Assembly: GCA_013360285.1 (NCBI GenBank)
Contig: JABWCM010000005.1
Location: forward strand, 2,149-66,148
Length of the DNA stretch: 64,000 nucleotides
Direction of reading: 5' to 3'
From: Myxococcales bacterium
GTDB taxonomy: Bacteria > Myxococcota_A > UBA9042 > JABWCM01
The notes beneath the pieces were generated by a model, which saw only the letters and a program-made list of their open reading frames with translations, was not told the origin of the DNA and ran no database searches. How positions within the stretch are numbered: the stretch's first letter is position 1; each line of letters begins with the position of its first letter. Both the position numbers and the translations under genes were made by a program. Below are positions 37,761 to 48,900 of the stretch, piece by piece.

Positions 37761-40700
37761 CTACGGGCAAATCCCGCAGTCGGAAGGACAAAACGAACAA
37801 TACTCGTAACTTTCACAAATGCCGTTCCCGCAGTCATACAACTCGCAGGAATCAACACAGTTATTTCCGTTTGCATCGGGTGCAACCGGTAATTTTAGCG
37901 CATAGTAGATCACCAACTGCACGTCGATTACGTTCAAATTCGTATCACAGTTGAGATCGCCAATTGTTGTCGGTCCGATCAAACACGCTGGAAGCGGACC
38001 GGTGTCGCCGACAAGAAAATACAAAGCCAATAGTGATGTACATTGCGCATCGACTACGTTTGTCATGCCGTCGCCGGTGACATCGCCTTTGAAGAGGCAC
38101 GCGCAACCTTCATCGAAACTTTCGTCGCAGTCGTTATCGGAGTCATCACAGAACTCAAAGTTCCGTCCATGAATTTCGTCAACGATTCCACTACTATACA
38201 GGTCGAGAATATCTGCGGAGTCAAGCGCAAACTCGTAAAGTGCGATCTGATCAATGAGACCATTAAACACTCCACCGTTTCCGGTAAACCCGACAACAAA
38301 ATAGCCTTGAGTCGTAAGCAGTGAATCGCCGTCGCCAGGATCCGACGCACAAATTTCGCTACCATCAACGTAAAGTTTACAACCGTCCACCGACCCGCAG
38401 GAAAGGGCGACATGATGCCAAGCGTCATCGGCCACAACAGGTCCTTGACCGGAACACGTCGCTGTGCCGCCGGCAGTGGCAACGGAATAGGACAGTTTTC
38501 CTCCAGTGACGTTGAGTGTGCGGTCGTAACCACCCACTCCAAGTGGTGTGCCGGCCGACGCCATCATGATGCCACCGTTGGTGGCGGTTTTAATGTAGGC
38601 GGTCAACGTGAAGTTCGACTCAGGAATATTGGCGGTAGAGCTAAGATAACCGCCGAAACCGGATAACTTAAGCGCACCACCCTGATAGCCGCTGGCACTA
38701 AGTGTTGCCGGTGGAACCGCTGCGGCATTGTTTCCTGTGCCGGAGCCGTCGATGATTTGTGTGCTCAGCACATCGAATTCCCATAGCGCCACGGGCCCGG
38801 TGTTAACACACTCAATGCCTGTGATCGCCGAAACACAATCCAGTCTGCCGTCTTCACAGAGGTCGGCATCTCCGGCGTCGCACAATGTTCCGATGGTGGG
38901 ATCTTGTGTACCTACGCAGTTTCCAGCCACACATTGATCTGACAGTGTACAAACGTTGCCGTCGGTACACGGGCCAGGGGTCGCGGCATAAATGCACCCA
39001 CTGTTCACGTTGCAGGTGTCTGATGTGCACACGTTGTTGTCGTTGCAGACGGAGTTGTTGGGTGTGTATTGGCAGCCAAATGTTGGGCTGCAGCTATCGG
39101 TTGTGCAAGCGATGTTATCGACACACACCAAACCTTCGTTTTTGCATCCGACACCGGACTCACAACTATCCAGCGTACAAGCGTTGTTGTCATTGCAACT
39201 GGTGACGATTCCGGTCGGTGTGCAGATTCCGTCGATGCAGAACGCCAGTGCCACACAGGGGTCTCCATGGTCGCACGTAAAGAGGTTGTCGAAGTAGACA
39301 CACCCGGTTCCGGGTACACATACGTCGTTTGTGCAGGGATTGCCATCGTTACAATCGAGCGGCACATTAGGAAGGCAACCGAAGAACGAATCACATGTTG
39401 GAACGGTGCATATGTTGCCGTCTTCGCAGTCAGGCGCGGGGCCACTTACGCAGCCGATGTCTGAAATGCAGGTGTCGATCCCGGTGCAGAAATCCCCGTC
39501 TCCGCAGACTACTTCCGTACCCACACAGTAACCGGATACGCATTTGTCACTTTCTGTACAGGTATCGCCGTCATCGCACGCGGCTCCCGGCGTATCGCAA
39601 AATACTGCCGGTACACCGGTAAAGATGGTGCTGTCTTCGACTTCTACGATCAACGGTACCGCGCCGGGTCCGCTTGCTACTACCGACGTCGCGACGACCG
39701 GAGCTGGTTTGGATGGATCGATGTCGGCACTCAGCACAAAGGTCAGTGCCAAAAACACCGGATCACCATCTATTCCACCGGGAATTTCGTATGCGTCCGT
39801 AATCGGTGCGGTCGGTGTACCAAAATTCAGCATCGCGAGGGTTGCAGCTCCGCTCCAGTTGGAGGGGGTACCTGGAGCCATCAACAAGAGATGTCCCGAA
39901 GGCAGGGCAACCGATGGAGGGTAGGTTGGTACACATGTCTCGCATGCGGTCAGTTTTTGCGCTGTCAGCGAAGGAGGATAGGCGAGACTCAGTTGAAGGG
40001 CCGAAGCGTTTGGCTCAGGTTGTTGGCGGCGAGCTAGTTTCAACAAACAAACCGCAGTAGAACCGGCGTTTCCGCTGATTTGGCAAAGAACATTTTCGGT
40101 TACGTTGTAGCAGAACTCCGGAGCATAGATGCAGCCGGTTGCGCTGTTGCACTCCTCTTGTGTACACGGGTCGCCGTCGTCGCAAGAATGCGGCGGATAG
40201 GTACATCCCGCCAAGGGATCGCATGTATCATCCGTGCACAAGTCGTTGTCGTTGCATATAACAACCGTAGACGAATCACAGGCTCCGGCACTGTCACAGG
40301 TGTCGATGGTGCATTGATTGCCGTCTTCGCAATCAGGGGACGGGCCAGCCTGGCACCCGAGAGAGGGGAGGCAAAATTCGATCCCATTACAAAAGTCGCC
40401 ATCGTCACAACTGGTCGTGGTTCCGACACATACTCCGGCTACACACGTGTCGTTGGTGGTGCACAAGTCTAGGTCATCACAAGCGCTGCCGTTTTCTGCG
40501 CACAAGGTCGTGTACGCATCCGTTACGATAAGGTTGTTTTCGACCGTCGCTTTGAGCGGAACGGCTTGCGCGCCGGTGGCAATCACGTTGGTGGCTTTGA
40601 CAAACACTGGAGTCTCTGGTGCAACGTCTTGCTCCAGAGTGAAGAAGCCAACGAGATACTCGACGTCGCCTACCGTCGTCAGTCCGTCCACGTAGCCGGT

Positions 40701-43700
40701 TGTCAACGGGGAATCCGAACCGCTGAAATCCAGGGACAACAAATTTCCGGAACCACTCCAGGCGCCAGGTGTGCTCGGCGACAGCGCGACGGTATGGCCG
40801 GTAGAAAGTGGTGCGGGCGGAGTGGGGAACGCACAACCCGAGCACTCCTTAAACATGCTCAATGTTGCGGTATTCGGGTAACTTAGCGTCATTTGTATGG
40901 ACGAAGCAGATTCTTGATCAACTGTTCGTTTTGCAATACGAATTAGGCATTCCTGTACGCTGCCTGCGGACCCCGACAATTTACAAATCACATCTGTGTC
41001 GTTCGGGTCGTAACACGCCAGAGGCTGATGAATGCAGCCTTGCACTGGGTGGCACGAATCGGCTGTACAGTCGTTTCCGTCATCACACGACAGTCCTGGA
41101 TTGTTGATACATCCCACCGCGGGATTACAGGTGTCGGTGGTACAGGCGTCATTGTCATCGCAGTCGGTTGCTCCCGAAACAAAACACCCGGTTAAATCAT
41201 CACAGCTTTCGGTTGTGCACGGATCTGAATCAGCGCAGTTGGGAGATGGGCCAGACACACAACCAGCCAAGGAATCGCAGAGTTCAAGGCCATTGCAGAA
41301 CAGTCCGTCGTCGCATTCGATTTGTTGTCCAACACAAAACCCGGTAACACAAATGTCTCCGCTGGTGCACGCATTTCCGTCATCACATGGCATGCCGGAA
41401 GCAGCGCAGGAAACCGGATACTCGCCGGTTAAAATCACGCCATCCTCAATCGAAGCGTCGAGCGGATACGCTCCTGGTCCTGTGGCAAGAATCCCGGAGC
41501 CAACAACGGCAATCGCGTTGTCGAGTGCCACATTTTCGACCAGGGTAAAATGCGCAATTACAAATACGGGGTCACCCTGAATCGCGCCACCGTCCATGTA
41601 TGCCGATGTGATCGCGTCGTCTGGATTGGTGAGGTTCACAATTGCGAAAGTGCCGGTTCCAGACCAGGAAGCAAGGTTTGGTGGAGCGAAGCCGACGGTA
41701 TGTCCGTTCACGAGTGTATTCAGTGGTGGAATGGTGCCCGGACAACCGTCGCAGCGAGTAAGATAAGACAGGGTGGCGCCGTTTCCGTAACTTAACGTTA
41801 GTTGAAGTGCGGCGGCATTGTCTTCAGAAAAATCCCGTCGAGCGAGTCGCAGCGGGCATGTTACCGTTTCTCCGGCGAGACCGCTCAGTTCACACAACGT
41901 GTTCTGGTCATAGGTAGGGTCATAACAAAAGAGAGGAACATATTCGCAGCCCACCGAAGGTACGCAAATGTCGTCGGTACATGCATCTCCGTCGACACAG
42001 GTCGCCGAAATATCATCATAAACACAACCGATAGCCGAGTCGCAGGAATCGGCGGTACAAGCGTTGTTGTCATCGCATACAACTGTCGGTAGTGACACAC
42101 AACCCAGAACGGGGTCACATCCGTCGTTTGTGCACGCATCGCCGTCGTCACAATTGGGGACTGGTTGCGATTCACACCCTGTAGCCGCGTAACAGGACTC
42201 CAGCCCATTACAAAAGTCGCCGTCGTCACACGTTATCGGCGCACCGACGCACAATCCGCCGATACACAGGTCACCGCTGGTGCAAGCGTCGCCATCATCA
42301 CACGGAACCCCGCTGTCTTCGCACACTACGGTATACGGATTCGTTACGATGATCGTATCAATGACCTCGACGCTCATCGGTGATGCGGTGCTGTTCGCTG
42401 CGAGAATATCGTTCGCCACTACATGTAAGGGAGCGGAAGGTAGTATGTCGGACGCCAGCGTAAACCACGCGACAAACAAAGTCGCATCGCCGTTTACCGT
42501 GGGGCCAGTCATCCATGCGTCCGTTAGTGGATCCGTTTCTCCGGAGAGCGGAAGGGCCAAAATCGTTCCCGACCCGGACCAAGCGTCGAGTGTCGGCGGA
42601 TTTAGCCCCACGATCTGCCCGTGCGGAAGCGGCGAAGGGGGAACCGGCGCTGGGCAGGCTTCACACGCGGTAAAATGCGTGATTTCCGCTTCCGCCGGAT
42701 CGAACGTTAACGAAAGCTGTACACTGGATGCTGCGGACTGCGCCATCGCACCGCGCGCGAGCCGGACAATGCAAGGAACTGTAGCACCCGAGGTCCCCGA
42801 CAAGGAGCATACAGTGTTGGCGGGTACGGTTGGGTCATAACAAAACAGCGGCGTGTAAACACACTTTCCCGGTGCTTCGCAGATCTCGCTAGTACAAACA
42901 TCACCATCGTCGCATAGCCCGGCGATTTGGTTGTTTTGGCATCCGGTTGCAGGGTTACAGGTGTCTGTCGTACAGGTGTTGTTGTCGTCGCAGTCCACGA
43001 TGCCGCTGGGTAGACACCCGATGTCGTCATCACACAATTCGGTGGTGCACAAATCGCCATCGTTGCAATCGGGAACAGGACCGGACAGGCAGCCGCTCGA
43101 CGGCACACAGACTTCGATTCCGTTGCAGAAATCTCCGTCGTTACAGTTCACAGGTTGGCCCGCACACACACCGGCAACACATAAGTCTGACGTCGTACAG
43201 AGGTTGTTGTCATTACATGGGGCACCGGGTGTGGCACACGTTACCGTATTGTCACTTACAACAATAACCTTGTCTCCGTTTACGCTCGCCATCATCGGAA
43301 CAGCACCCGCACGGGCTACTGTGATATTGCCCGCACGAACATAAATGGGATTCGCTGCGTCGACATTTGCGGTCAGTTGAATGTTTGCGACCACAAACAT
43401 GGCTTCCCCGTTCAAAGTCCCGCCGTCGTAGTAGCCGTCCAACAGGGCGGTATCGGGGGCTCCAACATGAAGCGCTAGGATGGTGCCGTTCGTTGTCCAA
43501 GCAGACGGATTAATGGGGGATAACGACAGGATATGACCGCTGGACAGGGTTGTTGCAGGCGGAAACGTCGGCAAACAACCATCGCACTCCGTAAAGTGAG
43601 CTAGTGCGGTGTTTGACGGAAGTATCAGGCCAATTTGGGTGCTTACGGGTAACGACGTTGCAGCGTCTTTTCGCGCAAGTCGTATGGGGCAAGCCACCGT

Positions 43701-44819
43701 GCTGCCGGCGGTCCCCCAAAGTGAACACAGTGCGTCGTCCGGTACCGTAGGGTCAAAACAAAACAGCGGCGTATGAGAACAACCCGCTGGGCCCCCGCAA
43801 ACGTCGGCGGTGCATACGTCTCCGTCGTCACAGACCGAAGCATCGGGTGTGTATGTACAACCTGTAACCGGGTTGCAACTGTCTATTGTACATGTGTCGT
43901 TGTCATCGCAGACCGTCGGCGTCCCAAAATGACAGCCGGCAGCAGGATTACACAGGTTTGCAGTGCACGGAAGGCCGTCGTCACAGGTAGCTGGGGTCCC
44001 CTGCGCGCAGGAACCGCCCGAACAATAATCAATGCCGTCACAAAAATCGCCGTCATCACAACTTACAGCTATACCAATGCAGTAGCCCGCAAGACAGGTG
44101 TCTCCTGTGGTGCAGGGATCGCTGTCGTTACATGGCGCACCATTAAAAGGGCACGCCGGCGGAAGAAGAGTGGTAATAATTCCATCTGTGGTTTTCGTAA
44201 TTAGCGGAATGGCGCCTGTGCCACTTGCGACCGCACCGGTAACGACAACCAACTTCGGGTTTGCAGCATCGACGGTTTCGCCCAACACAAAGTTTGCTAC
44301 CAGCACGACTGGATCGCCAACCAGCAAACCATTGTCCATGTGCGCATTTGACAAAGGGGGGGCATCAGGATCAAAGCTCAGCAGCAACAGGGTGCCGGTA
44401 CCGGGCCAGTCGTTCGGATCATCGGGGGACAGTGACACGATCTGCCCCGTATCAATGGAGATAGCCGGAGGAAATGAGACTGGGCAACCCTCACATTCAG
44501 TAAACGACTGTAGGCTAAGACCTTGAGGAAAATCGAATTCAAGTTGGAGTGCTATAGCGCCGTCTTGGCTCGGATTGGCGCCTGCAACACGGATGGGGCA
44601 GGAAACGGTCGAGCCGGCAGGCCCGCTGATTTCGCACAAGACGTTCGGTTCAATTGCTATGGCGTTAGCGGCACAAAAAACAACCGATGCGGCGACCATC
44701 GTGGCGACCGCCGTGTGGCAGTGGGCCAAATGCCGACCGTTTTCTGCGGCTTGGCGCCCTACCCATCGACACCGATTGACGGTGCTGGCAATGATGTTGA
44801 CAGCGGCATTCGCCGACAT
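37761..44819 (-). CDS. Giant secreted scaffoldin-like protein (~2,350 aa): 8 cohesin-like modules alternating with CDDGxxCTxDxC repeats, then LamG and a C-terminal dockerin pair
   Basis: Eight ~165-aa modules (LCEISGPAGSTVSCPIRVAG...ALQLEFDFPQGLSLQSFTEC...) resemble type-I cohesin (G.TV.VPV.....G.I...DF...YD...L). Each is followed by 6-7 copies of a ~24-aa repeat C[DN]DG[DN].CT.D.C.P..GC. A LamG-like region (LWEFDV...AWHHVALS...LYVDG) follows. The C-terminal dockerin segments are GDVTGDGMTNVVDAQ and GDLNCDTNLNVIDVQ. The start is placed at the ATG at 44819, with AGGAAAGG 6 nt upstream. The alternative is 44699. Confidence 0.65.
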   Translation of the reverse strand: MSANAAVNIIASTVNRCRWVGRQAAENGRHLAHCHTAVATMVAASVVFCAANAIAIEPNVLCEISGPAGSTVSCPIRVAGANPSQDGAIALQLEFDFPQGLSLQSFTECEGCPVSFPPAISIDTGQIVSLSPDDPNDWPGTGTLLLLSFDPDAPPLSNAHMDNGLLVGDPVVLVANFVLGETVDAANPKLVVVTGAVASGTGAIPLITKTTDGIITTLLPPACPFNGAPCNDSDPCTTGDTCLAGYCIGIAVSCDDGDFCDGIDYCSGGSCAQGTPATCDDGLPCTANLCNPAAGCHFGTPTVCDDNDTCTIDSCNPVTGCTYTPDASVCDDGDVCTADVCGGPAGCSHTPLFCFDPTVPDDALCSLWGTAGSTVACPIRLARKDAATSLPVSTQIGLILPSNTALAHFTECDGCLPTFPPATTLSSGHILSLSPINPSAWTTNGTILALHVGAPDTALLDGYYDGGTLNGEAMFVVANIQLTANVDAANPIYVRAGNITVARAGAVPMMASVNGDKVIVVSDNTVTCATPGAPCNDNNLCTTSDLCVAGVCAGQPVNCNDGDFCNGIEVCVPSSGCLSGPVPDCNDGDLCTTELCDDDIGCLPSGIVDCDDNNTCTTDTCNPATGCQNNQIAGLCDDGDVCTSEICEAPGKCVYTPLFCYDPTVPANTVCSLSGTSGATVPCIVRLARGAMAQSAASSVQLSLTFDPAEAEITHFTACEACPAPVPPSPLPHGQIVGLNPPTLDAWSGSGTILALPLSGETDPLTDAWMTGPTVNGDATLFVAWFTLASDILPSAPLHVVANDILAANSTASPMSVEVIDTIIVTNPYTVVCEDSGVPCDDGDACTSGDLCIGGLCVGAPITCDDGDFCNGLESCYAATGCESQPVPNCDDGDACTNDGCDPVLGCVSLPTVVCDDNNACTADSCDSAIGCVYDDISATCVDGDACTDDICVPSVGCEYVPLFCYDPTYDQNTLCELSGLAGETVTCPLRLARRDFSEDNAAALQLTLSYGNGATLSYLTRCDGCPGTIPPLNTLVNGHTVGFAPPNLASWSGTGTFAIVNLTNPDDAITSAYMDGGAIQGDPVFVIAHFTLVENVALDNAIAVVGSGILATGPGAYPLDASIEDGVILTGEYPVSCAASGMPCDDGNACTSGDICVTGFCVGQQIECDDGLFCNGLELCDSLAGCVSGPSPNCADSDPCTTESCDDLTGCFVSGATDCDDNDACTTDTCNPAVGCINNPGLSCDDGNDCTADSCHPVQGCIHQPLACYDPNDTDVICKLSGSAGSVQECLIRIAKRTVDQESASSIQMTLSYPNTATLSMFKECSGCAFPTPPAPLSTGHTVALSPSTPGAWSGSGNLLSLDFSGSDSPLTTGYVDGLTTVGDVEYLVGFFTLEQDVAPETPVFVKATNVIATGAQAVPLKATVENNLIVTDAYTTLCAENGSACDDLDLCTTNDTCVAGVCVGTTTSCDDGDFCNGIEFCLPSLGCQAGPSPDCEDGNQCTIDTCDSAGACDSSTVVICNDNDLCTDDTCDPLAGCTYPPHSCDDGDPCTQEECNSATGCIYAPEFCYNVTENVLCQISGNAGSTAVCLLKLARRQQPEPNASALQLSLAYPPSLTAQKLTACETCVPTYPPSVALPSGHLLLMAPGTPSNWSGAATLAMLNFGTPTAPITDAYEIPGGIDGDPVFLALTFVLSADIDPSKPAPVVATSVVASGPGAVPLIVEVEDSTIFTGVPAVFCDTPGAACDDGDTCTESDKCVSGYCVGTEVVCGDGDFCTGIDTCISDIGCVSGPAPDCEDGNICTVPTCDSFFGCLPNVPLDCNDGNPCTNDVCVPGTGCVYFDNLFTCDHGDPCVALAFCIDGICTPTGIVTSCNDNNACTLDSCESGVGCKNEGLVCVDNIACTTDSCSPTFGCQYTPNNSVCNDNNVCTSDTCNVNSGCIYAATPGPCTDGNVCTLSDQCVAGNCVGTQDPTIGTLCDAGDADLCEDGRLDCVSAITGIECVNTGPVALWEFDVLSTQIIDGSGTGNNAAAVPPATLSASGYQGGALKLSGFGGYLSSTANIPESNFTLTAYIKTATNGGIMMASAGTPLGVGGYDRTLNVTGGKLSYSVATAGGTATCSGQGPVVADDAWHHVALSCGSVDGCKLYVDGSEICASDPGDGDSLLTTQGYFVVGFTGNGGVFNGLIDQIALYEFALDSADILDLYSSGIVDEIHGRNFEFCDDSDNDCDESFDEGCACLFKGDVTGDGMTNVVDAQCTSLLALYFLVGDTGPLPACLIGPTTIGDLNCDTNLNVIDVQLVIYYALKLPVAPDANGNNCVDSCELYDCGNGICESYEYCSFCPSDCGICP

Positions 44820-45137
44820 GTTGCCCTTTCCTTGCGCCGTTTCTGGGTCACCTGAACCCACCGCGGCACCTAAACCGTCATTAAGCCAACATTTGGACAA
44901 GACCAGGTGGCTTGTCGCCGTTTCTCCGCGCGTACCCTGCGTTTTCTTCGCAGCTTTCGGTGCTGACGCACCCAAAGACGCTGTCGGGTCTGGAGGCTTA
45001 AGTTAGCGTGGGTCCGCTAAATGCTTGTTCGCTTTGGTTTTGCTACAACATTTCTGACGGAGCCTACGTGATATCGTAATGCACGGAACTACGAGCGAGC
45101 TGAGTAAACGAGCGCACTCGCGCAAATATCCATTCGC

Positions 45138-45773
45138 TTAGGGAATTTCTTGAGGAATTCCTTCGCTCTTCGGTTTTAGTTCAAATTCTGCGCCACCGTC
45201 TGGGCTGGCAGACGATCCTGTCGTCGCGGCACCGGTTCCGATTGCGCGTAAGCTAAACCCACCCCCGGTTGACTCACCGGTGGAATAAATCGGCAACACC
45301 ATCGGCAACGGGACATACCCGAGTGGTTGACACGGTGCCGCACAACCAGTGCCGGACGGGTCCACTCCGCTCGAAAGCGGCTGATTGAGTGCCAATGTGA
45401 TCAGAATGTTTACGTCGATGACGTTGACTGTTCCGGAGCAGTTCACATCTGCTTTGGACAGGGGTTGCGCCGCACAGGCGGGAGCTGCGCCAACTTGTCC
45501 ACCCAATTCCCATAGGGACAATATGATCCCACAATGGGCATCAATTACGTTGACATTGCCGTCGCCATTAATGTCGCCAAGTGGGCTGAGAATGACCCCG
45601 TTGAACGGGTTTACGCACTCGTTGGCGGCGGCCGTGCCGGCAACGGCGGTCACGAGTGCAATGCAAAATAGTCCTACGCCTGTCGCTGTGAAACCGCGAC
45701 GCTCACTGTATCTCGTGGCGCCACTGGCACCGTTTCGGCCATTCATATTGTGTGCACCCATTTGCGCTTTCAT
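45138..45773 (-). CDS. Small secreted dockerin-repeat protein
   Basis: TM/signal GVGLFCIALVTAVAGTAAA. Two Ca-binding dockerin-type segments, GDINGDGNVNVIDAHCGIILSLW and ADVNCSGTVNVIDVNILITLAL. GGGAGG lies 5 nt upstream of the ATG at 45773. Confidence 0.55.
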   Translation of the reverse strand: MKAQMGAHNMNGRNGASGATRYSERRGFTATGVGLFCIALVTAVAGTAAANECVNPFNGVILSPLGDINGDGNVNVIDAHCGIILSLWELGGQVGAAPACAAQPLSKADVNCSGTVNVIDVNILITLALNQPLSSGVDPSGTGCAAPCQPLGYVPLPMVLPIYSTGESTGGGFSLRAIGTGAATTGSSASPDGGAEFELKPKSEGIPQEIP

Positions 45774-45927
45774 TGAAACCTCCCGAACGATATAACCTCG
45801 TACGGTCATTGATGGCATTTTTTCGGACGCCCGGTACCGGGTGAGAACTTTACTTTATGGAATTGGAGCTGTTCGTGCTGGGTCGACTTCGCTGTCGGCC
45901 CAGCACCTACGTTGGAACAACGAATCA

Positions 45928-48900
45928 CTACAGTTTGATGCAGACAATTCCGGCGAACTGGTCCTGCCCGGTGTAGTTTTCCACGGGCTGATTATCGTTG
46001 TCGGCGGCATCTTTGGCCGTATTGTTGGTTTTGGAATCAGCGAATCGGAACCAACGACGTGTAAGTGTACGTCCCTGAATTTCGCTGTTACCGCAACACA
46101 CGCCGTTGTAGCAATGGTCGCCATACGTACCTGAGACAATGTTCTTCGGAGTTCCAGAAACGCTGTTTGGCGACCAGTAGCAGTCATTTAACTCCTGACC
46201 ATTTCGCCACCGGGGCTCGTCAATTCCGCCGCATTTTCCATCCGGACCGGAAGTGGTTCCGGAAGACTGGCACGTGCTGGTGTAATTTTGACATTGTGTA
46301 CAGCCAAACGCGAAGTCCGACGCTGCGGTCATGATTTGTCCCATAGTCGGTGACGGAGATGCGGTGCCCGAACCACAGCCGGCCTGGCCGTAGGAGCTGC
46401 ATCCCATCTGCCACAGTGGGTTCCAGTTGGAACCGCTCCAACCACATTCGCCCCAGTAGGTGTTGGCTGGGAAACTCGGGTTGTTGTTGAAAGCAACTTC
46501 GCCGGAATTGGCCCACTTATAACCCGCGGGACAAGCATAGGTACGGTCACGGTCCCACACGGAACTTTTTGATACCACGTACAATACGTTCGGGTGGGAA
46601 GATGAAGTACGCATGCCACCACAGTTATCGGAGGTGTCGACCCAGTCGAGAGCACCGGCGGCTGCGTCTTTCATACACAGAATGCCCGCAAAGTTAGATG
46701 TGGTGTCGGTAATATTAGCAGTGATATATGCTTCGGGTTCGTCCACGTGTTTGTATCGCAGCGTCAAGTTGGAGTCGGCGAAACGGAAGTAGTGACGGAG
46801 TAGTCCGTGCCATTGATTGTTTGGCACCGTGTAGTCTTGTGATGTTGTCCAACCACACTCTCCGCGATAAGAACGCTGCGCTTCGTTGATGATGTTTGCG
46901 GTGTTGTATTCTGCACCAAGGCGGAACACCACGTTTGCTTCGTTGGTCGTCATCCAATGGAATCCCGGCGGACAAACATAGGTTTCGGGGTTGTTTTTGG
47001 CCCACGTGTTGTTCCGGGCGATTGCGTAGTAGACCCGCGGATCCCACGCCGACTGACGAAACCCGCCGCAGTTGTCGGTTTTGTCCATCCATGCGGTTTG
47101 ATCAGCAGGTGGGGAGTTGGAAAGACATACGATACCCGCAAAGCTGGTCATCGGAGTCGAGCCAAAGGTCGAATAGAGGGTTGGTTCGGCGTGCGCCGCG
47201 TCGAAATATCGTTTTGTGCCGGAATCGCCTGTGTTCCAGGTATCGGAGAAAAAGAAATACTGACGATAACGATTTTCCCAGTTGTAAGCGCTCCAACCAC
47301 ATTGGCCATGATATTTGTAATAGTTTGTGCTGCTGCCGACCATCAAGTTGTCGACTTCGGTGGAAGCCGCCCAGTGGTAACCCGTGGGACATGTGTACGT
47401 ATAACCCGGCTTGAAAATGTTTTGTCGAGACACAGCAAAACGAATCCGCGCATTCCAGGTAGACTCACGGAAACCTTTGCAGTCGTCGCTGGTTTCCATC
47501 CACTCCGTGGTTCCTACCGGCGGATAAGCAGGCGTTCCTGTTTTTTTGCAGACAATTCCTGCAAATTCACTGGTTGCGCCGGACGTGGTGCCTCGGTAAG
47601 AATCGGCATCTGCGGCGTTCATGTAACGATTGGTTCCGGTGACGTCCGGTTTGATTCGGAAATAAACACGTTGTACGCCGTTCCAATACTGGCCGCTTGT
47701 TGAAGACCATCCGCATTGGTTGCCATATACACGTTGGTCAGACGAGGGGTTGGACGTGGTGAATGCAGCGTCAATTTCGGCGCCCGTCGCCCACGTATAG
47801 CCTGCCGGACATTGGTAGTCCAAGGCTGGGTTCCAAGTCGTAGATTTCGACACCGCGAAGTAGAAGTTGGGGTCCCATGAACTCTGACGGAAACCGCCGC
47901 AGTAGTCGCTGGTATCCATCCAGTCGGTCGGAGATACGGTCGGATCTTCTTTCATGCAGACAATGCCGGCAAATTCGGTCAGGGTTTTGTCATCGAACTG
48001 AACGGTATACATTTCACCGTTGCCCGAATGTTTGTATGCGCCGGTCGCCAATCCCTCGAACGAATCTTTGAAACGGAAGTAGTACCGGTTCATGCCGTTT
48101 GCCTGCATGTCGTAGCCGGTCCAGCCACATTTGCCGTTGTAAACCGTTCCCTGATTCAACGTCGTTTTGAACACGGCGTACGCTTCTGCGGTGGTAGCCC
48201 ATTTGAAGCCCGTGGGACATTGATAATTGAAGCCATATTCATACACGTTACGACGAGCAACCGCATAGTAGAACCGGCTGTCAAACTCACTTTGTTTGAA
48301 ACCGCCACAAAGGTCCTCGGTGAGCATCCAGTCCAATGGACCTGCCGGCGTTTTGGAGATACACACCATTCCAGCGAAGTTGGTCAACGTGCCGGATGTG
48401 GGCAACCCAAATCCGTCTGCGTGTGTGGAGTCTTTATAATAGTACTGTGACTTGCCTGAATCTTTGTAGCGGAAGTAGGTTTTGGTTTGGTTTTTCCAAA
48501 CGTTGCTCTGCCAGCCGCATTGGTTTTGGTAGGTTTTAGCACCGGCATTGTTTGCGCCTTTAAAAATCTGCTTCGCTTGTTCGACGGTCATTGCGTCGAA
48601 CCCTGCCGGACACTCGTAGTTGTAGGCCGGATCCCAGACGTTGCTTTTGGAGACCGCGTACCAAACCCGCGTATCCCAAGTGCTTTGACGGAATCCACCA
48701 CACAGGTCGGTGGTGTCCATCCAGGACGGCATCAGGTCCTTCGCACATTGTTCCGGAGCAGGTGTCTCGATTCCACCTTGGTATTCGCAGCGATCTTCCG
48801 AAGCGTTGTAGCTCCATGTGCCGCCGGACAACAACATCATCGAATACGGATCCATGGATGGATCGGCACCCGCCATGTGAACACTCCGTTTGCAGACTTT

